A stretch of 34,775 nucleotides of DNA from Octopus sinensis (GCF_006345805.1 NW_021833175.1:1-34775), one strand, 5' to 3'. Shown: positions 10,788 through 23,008, counted from the stretch's first letter. The notes: generated from the letters alone by a model not told the origin. Made by a program: numbers and translations.

Positions 10788-11315
10788 TATATATATATAT
10801 GTGTGTGAGTTCAGAAACGAAAGAAAAGTGCACTCAGCACATGGTGTAGAGTCTAAGTTTTTCTGGGAAACAGTTAATGATTCAATTATGGTTACTCGGA
10901 TATTCGCAAATGAAAACTATATGCCAATGAGAAGTGTTACCTTAAAAGAACTAGAATGTCACTAACATTGTGATAACATCCAAATTATATGGAGGGTTAA
11001 ACCAAACTAAGCTAGGATAAAAGTCTACTTCCTGAAAATGCAGAACAGTTAATAATTAACCCAGAAGAGTTATCTATAATTTTCATTTTCTAGTTATAAT
11101 TATCTGTCACTACGTTCACAAGTTCAATTATCGTCAAGGATGAATTTATCTTTTGACTATTCCGGTGCCTATGAGAAAAACATAAAATAAAGATTATGAT
11201 CGTTATAATACAGTACATCGTTTTAAGAAATTTATGATAATGTGCCTTTGTGAGAAATCATTATTTCTACTGTAACACATGCACGCGTGCGCGCGCGAGT
11301 AAAATCACATGCGTA

Positions 11316-11317
11316 AT

Positions 11318-11382
<65 letters not shown>
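11316..11382. repeat. (GATA)n microsatellite
   Basis: Directly visible tandem repeat. Confidence 0.95.
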
Positions 11383-11383
<1 letters not shown>

Positions 11384-11561
11384 CCAATTGATCGATACAT
11401 ACATCCATATATACATGTGTACGTGTGGAAGTATATATATGTGTGTGATTAAGTATGTATGTGTACGGATGTATGTATGTATGTAAATATGTATTATATG
11501 GTAACCTTGAACAGCTTTATGAAAAATAACACATTTAATGATGGAGGGACTGCAGAACTGT

Positions 11562-11647
11562 AGTAGAGTAGAATTTATTGAACTCAATACATTCAGTAGA
11601 GTAGAATTTATTGAACTCAATACATTTAGTAGAGTAGAATTTATTGA
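11562..11647. repeat. 33-bp tandem repeat, ~2.6 copies
   Basis: Unit AGTAGAGTAGAATTTATTGAACTCAATACATT(C/T). Confidence 0.95.
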
Positions 11648-12617
11648 TGATATTAGAACTTTACTTTTCACTTCAACAGCTTATTCAAACAGAGATATTT
11701 TAAGTAATAAACTCCCCTCATATCCATACAGACAATTTTTCAGAAAAAGGGATGTTTACATAAGAAGCAATTAAAGGTTAAAGCCAAGACACAAGGAAGA
11801 AGGAGACGGGGGGGTGTAATCAGCCAGTAGGGATTAATCAAGCATTCAGGGATAAAACAAAGAGTGATAGATTAGTATTAGAACACGCAATAGGAGAACA
11901 GACTGTTCTGGTCGAGAAAGAGACTGGAGATTTAAATAGCAACGCGCTTCAAAATAATATTGTGTGTAATATAATGCATAAGTGCAACTCTGTTTATATA
12001 TCTCTATACGTACACATACACGCAGACATAGACATAAGCCTGTACACACGCATATATATATATACAAGTATTATACTTACCCTTCGCCGTTCTCTAAATT
12101 TAACTTATTTATTCATCACTGAAGTTGCTTAACTGGTAACTCATTTGAAAAAATATGCACTATTCACGTGAACTTGTAATTGATTCTATAATTAAATTAT
12201 AGAATTCTTTGGCTTGCCATTGTTCTAGAATAAATTTTATTCTAGAACAATCCAGAGAAATATCATTTTTATTGATCCATGTAAACTTGAAACTAGTCTG
12301 ATAAGTGCCAATGTACGAAACTCTTGATCCTAAAGTCACTCTCTAACTTCGGTTAATAATAAAGATGATATGTTTAATAATTGTAATATACACACGTGCT
12401 TTGAGTTCTATTTTCCTGTCTGCATCATGAAACTTGTGTGTGTGTGTGTTATGGAGATGACAGCGAAGTCTCGCCGCCAGTCGTACTGAACAAGCAACGA
12501 CAGGCGCTGAAATTTCGAAGTGACTGTCAATATAATCATAATAAATATTAGACTATGCATGTATTGAGCTCTTTATTCGGTCAATGTTCACTATATTTAA
12601 GTATTTGAAAGCACACA

Positions 12618-12653
<36 letters not shown>

Positions 12654-12660
12654 ACACACA

Positions 12661-12709
<49 letters not shown>

Positions 12710-13347
12710 ATACACACACACTTAGACATCTTATTCAAAGCTTGTTTATGTTTTATTTTCTCCCAGTCTTTTATATTTATTTCCAATTTCTTTTTATATA
12801 AAATTTCATTATTTATTCTCCTTATTCATTTTTATTTCACCTTGATTGGTTTTATTTAAATTTATATTAGTTTTTTTTTCGGTTCTTCTTAATTTTACAC
12901 AGAGTATAATTTTATTCTTATTTATATAATTTTATAATTTTAATTTAATTTTATTTTTTTTACATAGTTTTATAATTTTCATACAATTTTATCTTTATAT
13001 ATATTCATGCACACCATATTTATATATATATATATTCATATATATACATATATATATATTTATGTTCATCTTATTTCAGTATTATTTGTTTTTTATATTT
13101 AATTCTTATTCTAAATTTTATTTCTCTATCGCTCCATCTTTCACTTTTTTAATTTTTATTTCGTTTTCTGTTGTTTGTTTTGATTCGTTTTGTACCTTAT
13201 TTTTGAATTTTTTTTTTCATTTTTATTTATCTATTTATTTTTTCGTCGTGTTATTTTGTGTGGAAATGAAATGGCAGACAACACTCTATCAATAGTGTTA
13301 GCTGTTTTACAGATTGAATACTCTGATAAACAACAGCAGCTCTTCAG

Positions 13348-13370
13348 TAATAATAATAATAATAATAATA

Positions 13371-13436
<66 letters not shown>

Positions 13437-13670
13437 TAATGACCGATCGAAAAAAAATAATAATAAATGTCAAGAATGGTAAACTCACGATTTTTCAGAA
13501 CTAGCGCCATTGTTATTAATTCATCTTTGCTTCTTTTATATATATATTTCCTATTTTCTATCTGTCTTTCTTTCTTTCTTTCTTTCTTTTTTTCTCTCCC
13601 TCTCTCTTTTTCTTCTTTTTCCTCTGAACACATACACACACACGAATACACACACACATACACGCACACA

Positions 13671-13706
<36 letters not shown>

Positions 13707-13786
13707 GCATTTATGTATGCATGAATGCTTGTAAGATATATATATATATGGATGTATGGATGTATGTGTGTCTATGTATATATGTA

Positions 13787-13819
<33 letters not shown>

Positions 13820-13820
13820 C

Positions 13821-13865
<45 letters not shown>

Positions 13866-13875
13866 ATGCACATAT

Positions 13876-13906
<31 letters not shown>

Positions 13907-13936
13907 CTATGTGTGTGTGTGTGTGTATGCATGTAT

Positions 13937-13981
<45 letters not shown>

Positions 13982-13988
13982 TATATAT
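13348..13988. repeat. Cluster of (TAA)n, (CA)n, (TA)n and (GA)n microsatellites
   Basis: Directly visible, with short unique spacers. Confidence 0.9.
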
Positions 13989-14269
13989 TTGTCTCTGACT
14001 CACTGATACAATGGGACTTATTTTGTATTGCATCTCCTCCTCCACACACATACACACACACACTCTACCATATCCAAACATTCACCGACATTGCTCGTTC
14101 TTCAGATGTCGAGTTGAGGGTGGGGGTGGAAGCTCTTGACAGTGCAAAGCAAAGCTTAGCGATGTTCTTCTCTACGATATTTTATTAAAATTTATCACCA
14201 CCCTAGTGGTAGTAGTGGTGAGGTAGATAACTGTGGCGATATTAGTACTGTAGCGGTACTCGAGAAGCA

Positions 14270-14600
14270 TTATGAGTGGTTAAGACGTCAGCTTCTTCAT
14301 CACAAGGTCGAGGTGTGGATCGATCCTGCTCCACGGCATCTTGCGCGGGTGTCTTATTCTAGTTCGACCTTTGCTTAGTGAGGGAATAAATAAACGTTAA
14401 CTCTGCTGAAGTACCTCATTCAGGTTGTACTCGTAATTCAAAGGTACATATTTGAAATATTACATCACACTGATTTCTGATTGAGAATCACTTTGAGAGT
14501 ACACATATCTGTCGAACATTCAGCCAATTGTATACAAGTCCAAAAAGCCTGGTCGTTCAGTTGATCGAACAACTAAACTCTTATTGTCGGCAGAAGTGGT
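14270..14600 (+). mobile_element. Old degenerate tRNA-derived SINE
   Basis: Decayed head AGTGGTTAAG...GATCGATCC followed by a TGTACTCGTAATTCAAAGG...GTTGATCG tail recalled as a cephalopod SINE 3' region. Confidence 0.4.
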
Positions 14601-14619
14601 TTATGTCGCTAGAAAAGTG

Positions 14620-15700
14620 CCGTCGGTCTGATTTGAACAGGAACTCTAGGTGGGGAAGAATTAGAAGAGGTCTTCAGGAAGCTAGCCAATCTTACTCAGG
14701 AATTGATTGAAAAGACGTTGCCGCCTTAAAATAGTTCGAAGCGAATAGCGACTACATTGCCTCAGAGGTGTACTACAATCTGCATCGTCCCAGGGAGAAA
14801 AACGTGCCCTTATTGCACTGCATGTTTTCTTTGTACTCTTTCCATTCTTTTATGTGTGCTAGGGACAGATTCCGCTGATCAGGAGAGCCATCTGCTGCAG
14901 AAATTCACTCAACAGAGACCTCGTGATGCCTTAGCATATGAAACACAGGTACCTGCAGATATTCCTGGATCACACAGATGCCGACGACAATGGTGGAACA
15001 AGTGGGGGCCTTTTTTCGTGCACCATAACTTTCTATAGTTCGTCTCCTCGACCGAGATACAGTTCTCGACAAAGTACAAACGAAATTTGACCGTTTGATA
15101 TGTTACCAGACACCTATTGCACCCTACTAGCTCAACAATGCAATCTGTGAAAAAGAAAAGCTCAACTTTCGTTTCATATAGAGGGTTAGTTGTGGGTGTA
15201 AGTGATGGTGACCAAAGAACGACACTAGATAATGGCGGGAATAATGTGAGGCAATTTCCAAGAGTTCTTGGCTTGTCAGCACTATATATGGTAAAGTTAC
15301 TTATTTGGGTCCAAATCTACAGGTACGGAATCTTCGGCCGTCAAGATGACTCTGTGTGATAAGTGCAAGTATGAGGAAACCGCTCTGAACGTACTCGTTC
15401 TGTATCCATTATATTGCCAACAAGTGAATTCGTGTCGAACAGCTGAGAATTATAGGATCGATATAGCTATGAATCGAGTCTATTATGACTATTGACCTGA
15501 CGCCTTCCTTTAACAATGAAGAGCGGCCATGTTAAAATATTTGAGGACGTGTCTAACTAACACTTAACTTCAAATATCGCTTGAAGAATAATGTGCTGCC
15601 CTCAAATACACTCGCGTATTTTACGAAAAGTGTTTGGAATCGGTGAGATTGTTGAGACTAAAAGGGTCAGCACTGATTAAGCAGCTATAAACACGACGCA
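14620..15700 (+). mobile_element. Decayed Tx1/L1-clade LINE, ORF2 3' region
   Basis: Broken peptides V*FEQEL*VGKN* (14626), ANSDYIASEVYYNL (14741) and zinc-knuckle remnant CDKCKYEETALNVLVLYP (15355-15408) occur in the order expected after the RT domain. Confidence 0.55.
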
Positions 15701-15858
15701 AGAAACGAGGAAAGAGCGCTTTTGAGGACTCTGATGCCGCAGAATCATCCAGGATTTTCACCTGGGGGTTCACCCACCGTATTAAACCTGGTAATTTTAT
15801 CCCCTTTCTGATGGAGACAGTTTTTGTTGATATTGTATTGCTATATCTTTTTTTTTTT

Positions 15859-16069
15859 TATTAATAGTTATCGCCAAGCTAATATGGCAGTCCATAAATA
15901 TAGGACGAAAGCTGCCGTTGATTAATTCCAAGAGGCCATCGTCCCTAGCTAGCTATGTGATACATGAACCTGTGTCCATTATAACCTTCGAACTAGTTGG
16001 AGCTAATCAACGGCAGCTTCCGTCCTATATTTATGGACTGCCATATTAGCCTGGCGATAACTATTAATA
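15859..16069. mobile_element. Hairpin MITE with 66-bp TIRs
   Basis: 15859-15924 and 16004-16069 are reverse complements with 2 mismatches around a 79-bp spacer; termini TATTAA/TTAATA. Confidence 0.85.
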
Positions 16070-16242
16070 TCCAGTACCGCTGCCGTAGTCTCCTTTAGAG
16101 AGACTTAGAAATAATAATATTTCTATTTTTTATTTTTTTTCTACTGATTTCACCATTGTATTGTAATATTCTTTGTCGCTTTTGTATTGCGCCCAACTCT
16201 GAGGCCGGTGTGTCAATAAGTATAATCAACAGTAGCAGCACC

Positions 16243-16266
16243 AGTAGTAGTAGTAGTAGTAGTAGC

Positions 16267-16333
<67 letters not shown>
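16243..16333. repeat. (GTA)n microsatellite
   Basis: Directly visible tandem repeat. Confidence 0.95.
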
Positions 16334-16336
<3 letters not shown>

Positions 16337-17388
16337 CAGGGGGTCATGGTGGTGGCAAACAGCAGTATTGCTGATATTGTTATTAATGTATTTTTTATTA
16401 TTGTCTTCATTTTCATTTTGTTATAATTAAGGTTATGCTGATGAAGGCGATAAGCATGTTAATGAACGAGGTGCTTCTGTTGTTATAGTTGTTGTCGTCG
16501 TCATTGTCGCCACCTTCATCGACATCGCCCGTGATGGTGGCGGTTGAGTTGGTGTTCATGGCATTGGTGGTAGTGGTAGTGGTGGTGGTGGTGGTGGTGG
16601 TGGCGCTTCTGCTACTGCTGGCAGCGGCGGCGGCGGCGGTGATGATGATTTTTGACGAGGGGGGAATGATTGAGGATTATAGTAATTATCATTATCATGG
16701 TCATATCGACATCACTGTGTGTTACAACAATGTTGTTGTTGTTGTTGTTTTTGTTGCAATTGTGCGATATAGTCGATAATGCTACTTTTGCTAGTGATAT
16801 CTATGATGTTCGTAATTACAACAACAACAACAACACATACAACAACCGAACAACAAAAACAATAACAACTATTACAAACACTAGCAATGATGGCAACAAC
16901 AAACAAACAATACCATCGTCACCAACACATATAACAACAACAATAACAACAACAACAACAACATCTGCAACGACGCTTTGAAGATAATGAACAGGTCGAT
17001 TACATCACGTGGGGACCAATACCGCTTTACTAATTAACATCAAACAGTAAATGAAGATGCAAAAAATTATGAACAATAGACGAAACTATCTTGTACTTTC
17101 ACTTTCACATTCACTTTTGTCTTTTGTTCGAATTTGAATTGTTTTCATGTTAGTCTTGTCGTTTATTTCTTGTTGTAACATTAACTATTGATGGGGGTGG
17201 CAAGGGAACTCTTTTGTAGAGCGGGAGGCACCTTGCTTGCGGTCTTCTTAATATATTTTTAAAGTGTATTTACGTTGTCGTTTGTTTCCTTTAGGTCCTT
17301 GTTGTTTTGTTTGTCATTTATTTTGATCGTCTTCCTCTTTTTCTTCCATAAACATGGTGACAATGACAACGGCGACTCTGCCCGCAAC

Positions 17389-17470
17389 GATGATGATGAT
17401 GATGATGATGATAATGGTGATGATGGATATGATGATGATGGAGATGATGATGATGATGATGGAGATGATG

Positions 17471-17551
<81 letters not shown>

Positions 17552-17552
17552 T

Positions 17553-17584
<32 letters not shown>

Positions 17585-17623
17585 TTGATGATGATGATGA
17601 TGATGATGATAATGATGATGGAT

Positions 17624-17665
<42 letters not shown>

Positions 17666-17750
17666 TTGATGATGATGATGATGATGATGATGATGAGATG
17701 ATGATGTTGATGATGATGATGATGATGGTGATGATGGTGGTGATGATGAT
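17389..17750. repeat. Long (GAT)n microsatellite
   Basis: Directly visible; generates the poly-D and poly-M ORFs. Confidence 0.95.
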
Positions 17751-18237
17751 ACCTTATTGAGTTTTCTGTTTCAAGACATCTTCAAAATGCATTGTCTTAC
17801 GATACTTCAGACAACCATTATGAATATATACAAATATATGCATACATATATATATACACGCGCATACACACACACACACACACACACACATACATACACT
17901 CTGTCTGTCTGTTTATGCGCGCGCGCGTGTTAATGTGTGTGACGTTGTTATCTACCTATATTCATCTTTCCATACGTATGTCTACTTATCCGTTTTAGTT
18001 TTCATCTTATATTTACTACTAAGAATAAGAAGTTCTGCTATATCTACTTACCTTCCCCTTCCTTAATCCTTCTCTCTCTCTCTCTCACTCTCTCTCTCTC
18101 TTTCTTTCTTTCTTTCTCACTCTCCCTCTCTCTGAATAACTATATTTTTTACCATACACCCGTTCATATATACATTTTCCCATACACGCATGTACTCGCT
18201 GACATGTATGCATGTATTTAAGTACGCAGGAACGTGT

Positions 18238-18462
18238 GAGGGCACATGGTCTAGTGGTTATGAGATCGCGGTTTCAATTCCTGTACCAGGTGGTGGGTTG
18301 AGTTTTTTGCGCAGAACACTTCATCTCACGTTGCTCTGCGATAACTTCGACACCTGACGTGTGGTTACACCGTGCACCTGCTCAGACAACGTTGATTTCA
18401 TGGAGGTGGTGAGTTACTAAACAGCACAACCATTTGATCACACTAAACAAATAATTTCTGCA
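18238..18462 (+). mobile_element. Degenerate CORE-like SINE with a third type of 3' tail
   Basis: TGGTCTAGTGGTTA...GGTTTCAATTCC...ACACTTCATCTCACGTTGCTC, homologous to the 625 and 6091 heads. Confidence 0.65.
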
Positions 18463-18485
18463 GATTTTTAAGAAAGAAATTATTG

Positions 18486-18734
18486 CAGTTCTATATTTAA
18501 GAGACGAGGAATTATGTGCATTATTTACATTTGACGGATATTTGTGCTCATCTTGTTTGTTGTTAACACAACGTTTCGCCTGATAAACACTCCAGCCTTC
18601 ATCGGGTGCCTTGGGGAAATTTCGAACCTAAGTTCTCATTCCTATGGTATTTTTCGATGTTGTTGTTGTTGTTATTATTATTATTATTCAGGTCACTGCC
18701 TGGAATCGAACTCGGAATCTTAAATATAGAACTG
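18486..18734 (-). mobile_element. Small element with 17-bp TIRs, Pol III B-box and hammerhead-like motif
   Basis: Perfect inverted repeat CAGTTCTATATTTAAGA (18486-18502) / TCTTAAATATAGAACTG (18718-18734); minus-strand GTTCGATTCC at 18702-18711. Confidence 0.75.
18566..18609 (-). ncRNA. Degenerate minimal type I hammerhead ribozyme-like motif
   Basis: Minus strand GCAC-CCGATGA-AGGCTG[GAGTGTTTAT]CAGGC-GAAA-CG-TT-GTGT: one change in the CUGAUGA core and one stem II mismatch. Confidence 0.55.
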
Positions 18735-18742
18735 TATGTGTA

Positions 18743-18776
<34 letters not shown>

Positions 18777-18793
18777 TTGTGGGTGTGTGTGTT

Positions 18794-18847
<54 letters not shown>

Positions 18848-18881
18848 CGTGCGTGAGCTGTGTGTATTGTATGTGCGTTTG

Positions 18882-19089
18882 CCTCCACGCCACCACTGTT
18901 GGCAACTGGAGTTGGTTTGTTTACGTCGCTATAATATAGCAGTTGGGCAATTGACACCGACAGAATAAGTACCAAGTATGAAAAAAAAAAAAAAAAGAGA
19001 GGAAATACTGGAGCCAATTTGTTCGACTAAACTTTTCAACGAGTTGTTCCAGCGTGACCGCAGTCCAATGACTGAAATAAGTAAAAGAT
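18882..19089 (+). mobile_element. 3' half of the SINE family seen at 3632-4035
   Basis: GTTTACGTC...AGAATAAGTACCA...TTGTTCGACTAAA...CCGCAGTCCAATGACTGAAATAAGTAAAAGA. Confidence 0.7.
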
Positions 19090-19124
19090 GTACTTTCAGT
19101 TTATCTGAGAACTTCGCTAAATCG

Positions 19125-19833
19125 AGAAAGTGAGAGTGACAGAAAGACACAGAAAGAGACAGAGAGAGAGAGAAAGGTAGAGAGACAGAAAGACAGAGAG
19201 AAAGAGAGACAAAGAGAAAGAGGCAGTGAGACAGAAAGACAGAGAGAAAGAGAGACAGAGACAGAGAGACAGAGAGAGCGACAGAGAAACAGAAAGACAG
19301 ACAGAAAGAGAGACAGAGAGACAGTGATAGAAAGACAGAGAGAGAGACAAAGAGTCAGAGAGAGCGAGAGAGTGACAGAAAAGATAGAAAGAGAGACAGA
19401 GAGACAGGGAGTCAGTGAGACAGAGAGACAGTGAGTGACAGAAAGACAGAGAGACAGAGAGACAGAGAGAAAGAGAGACAGAAAGACAGAGAGATCGACA
19501 GAGAGACAGAAAGACAGACAGAAAGAGAGATAGGGAGACAACGATAGAAAGACAGAGAGAGAGAGAGACAGAGAGTCAGAGAAAGACAGAGAGTCAGAGA
19601 GAGACAGAGAGTGACAGAAAAGATAGAAAGAGAGACAGAGAGACAGGGAGTCAGTGAGACAGAGAGACAGTGAGTGACAGAAAGACAGAGAGACAGAGAG
19701 TAACAGAAAGACAGAGAGAAAGACAGAGAGTGATAGAAAGACAGAGAGAGAGACAGAGAGTCAGAGAGAGCAACAGAGTGACAGAAAAGAAAGAGAGACA
19801 GGGAGACAGAGAGACAGAGAGTGATTGAAAGAC

Positions 19834-19888
<55 letters not shown>

Positions 19889-20180
19889 TACATACAGACA
19901 GACAGACAGACATACATACAGACAGACAGACAGAGAGTGCGAAAGAGAGACAGAAAGACAGAGAGTAAGAGAGACAGAGAGAGAAAGACAGAGCGTAACA
20001 GAGACAGAAAGACAAAGAGAAAGAGAGACAGAGAGAGACAGAGAGAGGGACACAGAGGAGCAAGAAAGGAAAGCAAAAAGTGGGAAAAGGTAGAAAGATT
20101 ATGACAGAGAGAGAGGGGGGAGGAGAGGGAGAAAGGATAAGGAAAAGAGAAAAAGAAAGAGATTGAGAGAGAGTGTAAGA
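19125..20180. repeat. Purine-rich (GA/GACA)n complex satellite
   Basis: Directly visible; contains a higher-order duplication (19351-19460 vs 19591-19700). Confidence 0.95.
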
Positions 20181-20289
20181 GATGAGATTCAGGTTTTTAT
20201 ACTGTTTCTACTTTACACCCGTTTCTCCTTAACACTTCATCTTTGCTTACACGTATTTTGCTATAATTGAAAGTTCTATACACGCAGGT

Positions 20290-20940
20290 ACACACACACG
20301 CTCACACACACACGCGCACACACACACACGCCCACACACATACACATATCAACAAACTGACATACACACGAACTGTTTCATATACAGAAAGCTATATAGA
20401 GGAACGATGCTCCATAAACATATATACACACACACACACACAGACACTCACGCATGCAGACACACACACGCACACATACACACACACAGAAACTTACTCA
20501 CACTCACACACACACGCAAACAAGCACACAGAGACAGACGCATGCATAGACACACAAACACACATCACACATACACAGACATACACACACTCACACACAT
20601 ACACACACACTCACACACATACGCACTCACTCACACACATACGCACACTTATAGACACATACACAGACACAGACACACACATACAAAAGTTTACACACGC
20701 ACTTACACACACACAGAGACTCACACATACAGATGCATGCACAGACACAACACATGCAGAAACCTCCACACTCACTCACACACACACACATACACACAGA
20801 CACACACTTACACCGAGACTCATACTTATTGACACATGCACAGACACACACTCACATCACATGTAGAGACTCACATACACACTCACACACGCTCGCACAT
20901 ACACACATACACACATAGCTAAACACATCTTCACACGCGC
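20290..20940. repeat. Degenerate (CA)n tract
   Basis: Directly visible. Confidence 0.9.
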
Positions 20941-21114
20941 TCCCACCCACACGGGCATAGATACACACGTGAACAATGCTTGCCTCGTTCTGGTTCCTCC
21001 TCAGGTCGCCAGATACAATTGTCGAAGACATGATTTCTTCCTGTTGCTTTGTCTCAATGTTTACGCAGACTCATCATCTGTCTCAAGTTGACGACCATCC
21101 TCACCAGACTCACC

Positions 21115-21255
21115 CTACCATTATTATCACAACTATTACCACCACCACCACCACTACCACAAAGACTGACATCAACACCACTGATATTACTACTACAACC
21201 ACCACCACCACCACCACCACCACAATCGCTTCTATTACTACAACTACTCCAACTT

Positions 21256-21301
<46 letters not shown>

Positions 21302-21670
21302 CACTACTATTACTATTACTACTACTACTACTACTACTAACACCAACATCACCACTACGGCGACCACCACCACCGTTACTACAATACGATCATCATCACG
21401 CCACCACGACCATCACAAAGACCGACGTCAACACCACTGATACTACCACCACCAACACCACCACCAACACCCCCTCTACTACTACAACTACTACTACTGC
21501 CACCACGGCCACCACGACCATCACGATCATCACCATCACCACAAACACTATTACCGTGCACTACCACTACCACCACCACTACCATACCATCATCACCATC
21601 ACCACAACCATCACCACATTCATCACTATCAACACGTCCATCACCACCACCATCACTACCACCATAACCA
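21115..21670. repeat. (ACT)n/(ACC)n low-complexity tract
   Basis: Directly visible; explains the 328-aa and 154-aa ORFs. Confidence 0.9.
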
Positions 21671-21678
21671 CTCCTATA

Positions 21679-21876
21679 CAGGGTATAGTTAGGGTAAATG
21701 GCGCCCAGGCAAGCATGAAAATTGAGACCCCCATCCATCCAACCAACCAAAAGGTGGAAAACTCGCATAGAAATGGCTTAATTAGAGAACGATCTTGGCT
21801 AAAATTGCGCCTCCACCCCGATCAAAGTAGCGCCCAGGGCATGTGCCCTGCTTGCTCCACCTTAGCTACGCCCCTG
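21679..21876. mobile_element. hAT (Tip100-like) MITE
   Basis: Ends CAGGGTATAGTTAGGGT / ACCTTAGCTACGCCCCTG, subterminal GCGCCC motifs, partial 8-bp TSD CTCCTATA/CTTCTACC. Confidence 0.65.
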
Positions 21877-22008
21877 CTTCTACCATCGAGATCGCTAACA
21901 CCATCACCACTATCGCCACAGCCACTACAACTACCGTCAACCCAGCAGCAGCTTCCACTACGGCCATTCACCACGATGAACATCTTTACAACATTTACTC
22001 CAGTGCTT

Positions 22009-22230
22009 AAGGCGTCGCACTGGCAGAATCGTTAGCACGCTGGGCAAAATGCTTAGCAGCATTTCATCCGTCTTTGCCTTTCTGAGTTCAAATTGCGCCA
22101 ACGCTGACTCTGCTTTTTATCCTTTCGGTGTCGATAAAAGAAGTACCAGTTGAGCACTGGGGTCGATATAATTGACTTATCCCCTCTTCCGAAGTTACTG
22201 GCTTTGTGCCAAAATTTGAAATTGATATTT
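22009..22230 (+). mobile_element. Nin-domain SINE, near full length
   Basis: CTGGCAGAATCGTTAGCACG...TTCTGAGTTCAAAT...CCTTTCGGTGTCGATAAAAGAAGTACCAGTTGAGCACTGGGGTCGAT. Confidence 0.85.
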
Positions 22231-22243
22231 ATTCCAGCGTTTT

Positions 22244-22578
22244 AGACGGCGAGCTAGCAGAATCGTTGGCACACCAAGCAAAATGCTTAGCGTAGTGGCG
22301 GTGAGGTTGTTGATAGGGGCGGATGTCGGTGGCTGGGGTCGACGACAGGATCGGAGCGGGAGCAGCGAGGTCGTAACCGAGGCTGGCGATGGGGTCGGTA
22401 GTCGTGGTGGCAGTGATGGCGGTGGCATCTTTCATCCTACCATTAGGGTCGATAACATACCTATCAGTACAGTGAGGGTCGATAAAATACCAATCACTAC
22501 CAGTCAGTACCAATGGTATTAACTAACCACTTTCTTCCCAAAAATCTCTGGTCCTGTACCAAAATTAGAAAACAATCA
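22244..22578 (+). mobile_element. Rearranged Nin-domain SINE
   Basis: Head at 22244-22292, a GC-rich interruption, then a core with a duplicated AGGGTCGATAA block. Confidence 0.6.
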
Positions 22579-23008
22579 ATCGAATGATATTTTCTTTGAG
22601 GTCTAAGTTCTATGTAGACAGACACACAGACAGATGCTTAGACAGATAGGTAGATGTGAATATTCAGACAACGATAGCATGAGCCAGAGAAACATGAACG
22701 CTATAAATAATACGCTTCCGGTATATGACTATTAGATGATTCTTCTTGCCAACACAGGAAGCTTTCAGAGCTTCATTAAGGAGGAAAATAAGTCATAACG
22801 TTAAATATATCCTTCAAACTTACTAAATTCCAGATATATACATACACACACCACATACACACACACACACACACATACACACACACACCACATTGCTTTT
22901 CTTGCTTTCTTCTTTCTTTTCCTCTTTGTTTCTTACACCTTCCTTTGTATTTTGTTTTCCAAAAGAAAAACTGTTTTATATTAGTTAGAGTTGCTCAATT
23001 ACTACAAG

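Noticed and set aside
17275-17760. Poly-Asp ORF with hydrophobic N-terminus, resembling acidic biomineral proteins
   Set aside because: No ATG start, almost pure (GAT)n with little synonymous variation, in a window full of comparable microsatellites.
20960-21115. Unique stretch as a possible exon
   Set aside because: No consistent acceptor-donor pair enclosing a frame on either strand.
21049-22035. 328-aa ORF
   Set aside because: Reads through (ACT/ACC)n repeats, a MITE and into a SINE; an artefact.
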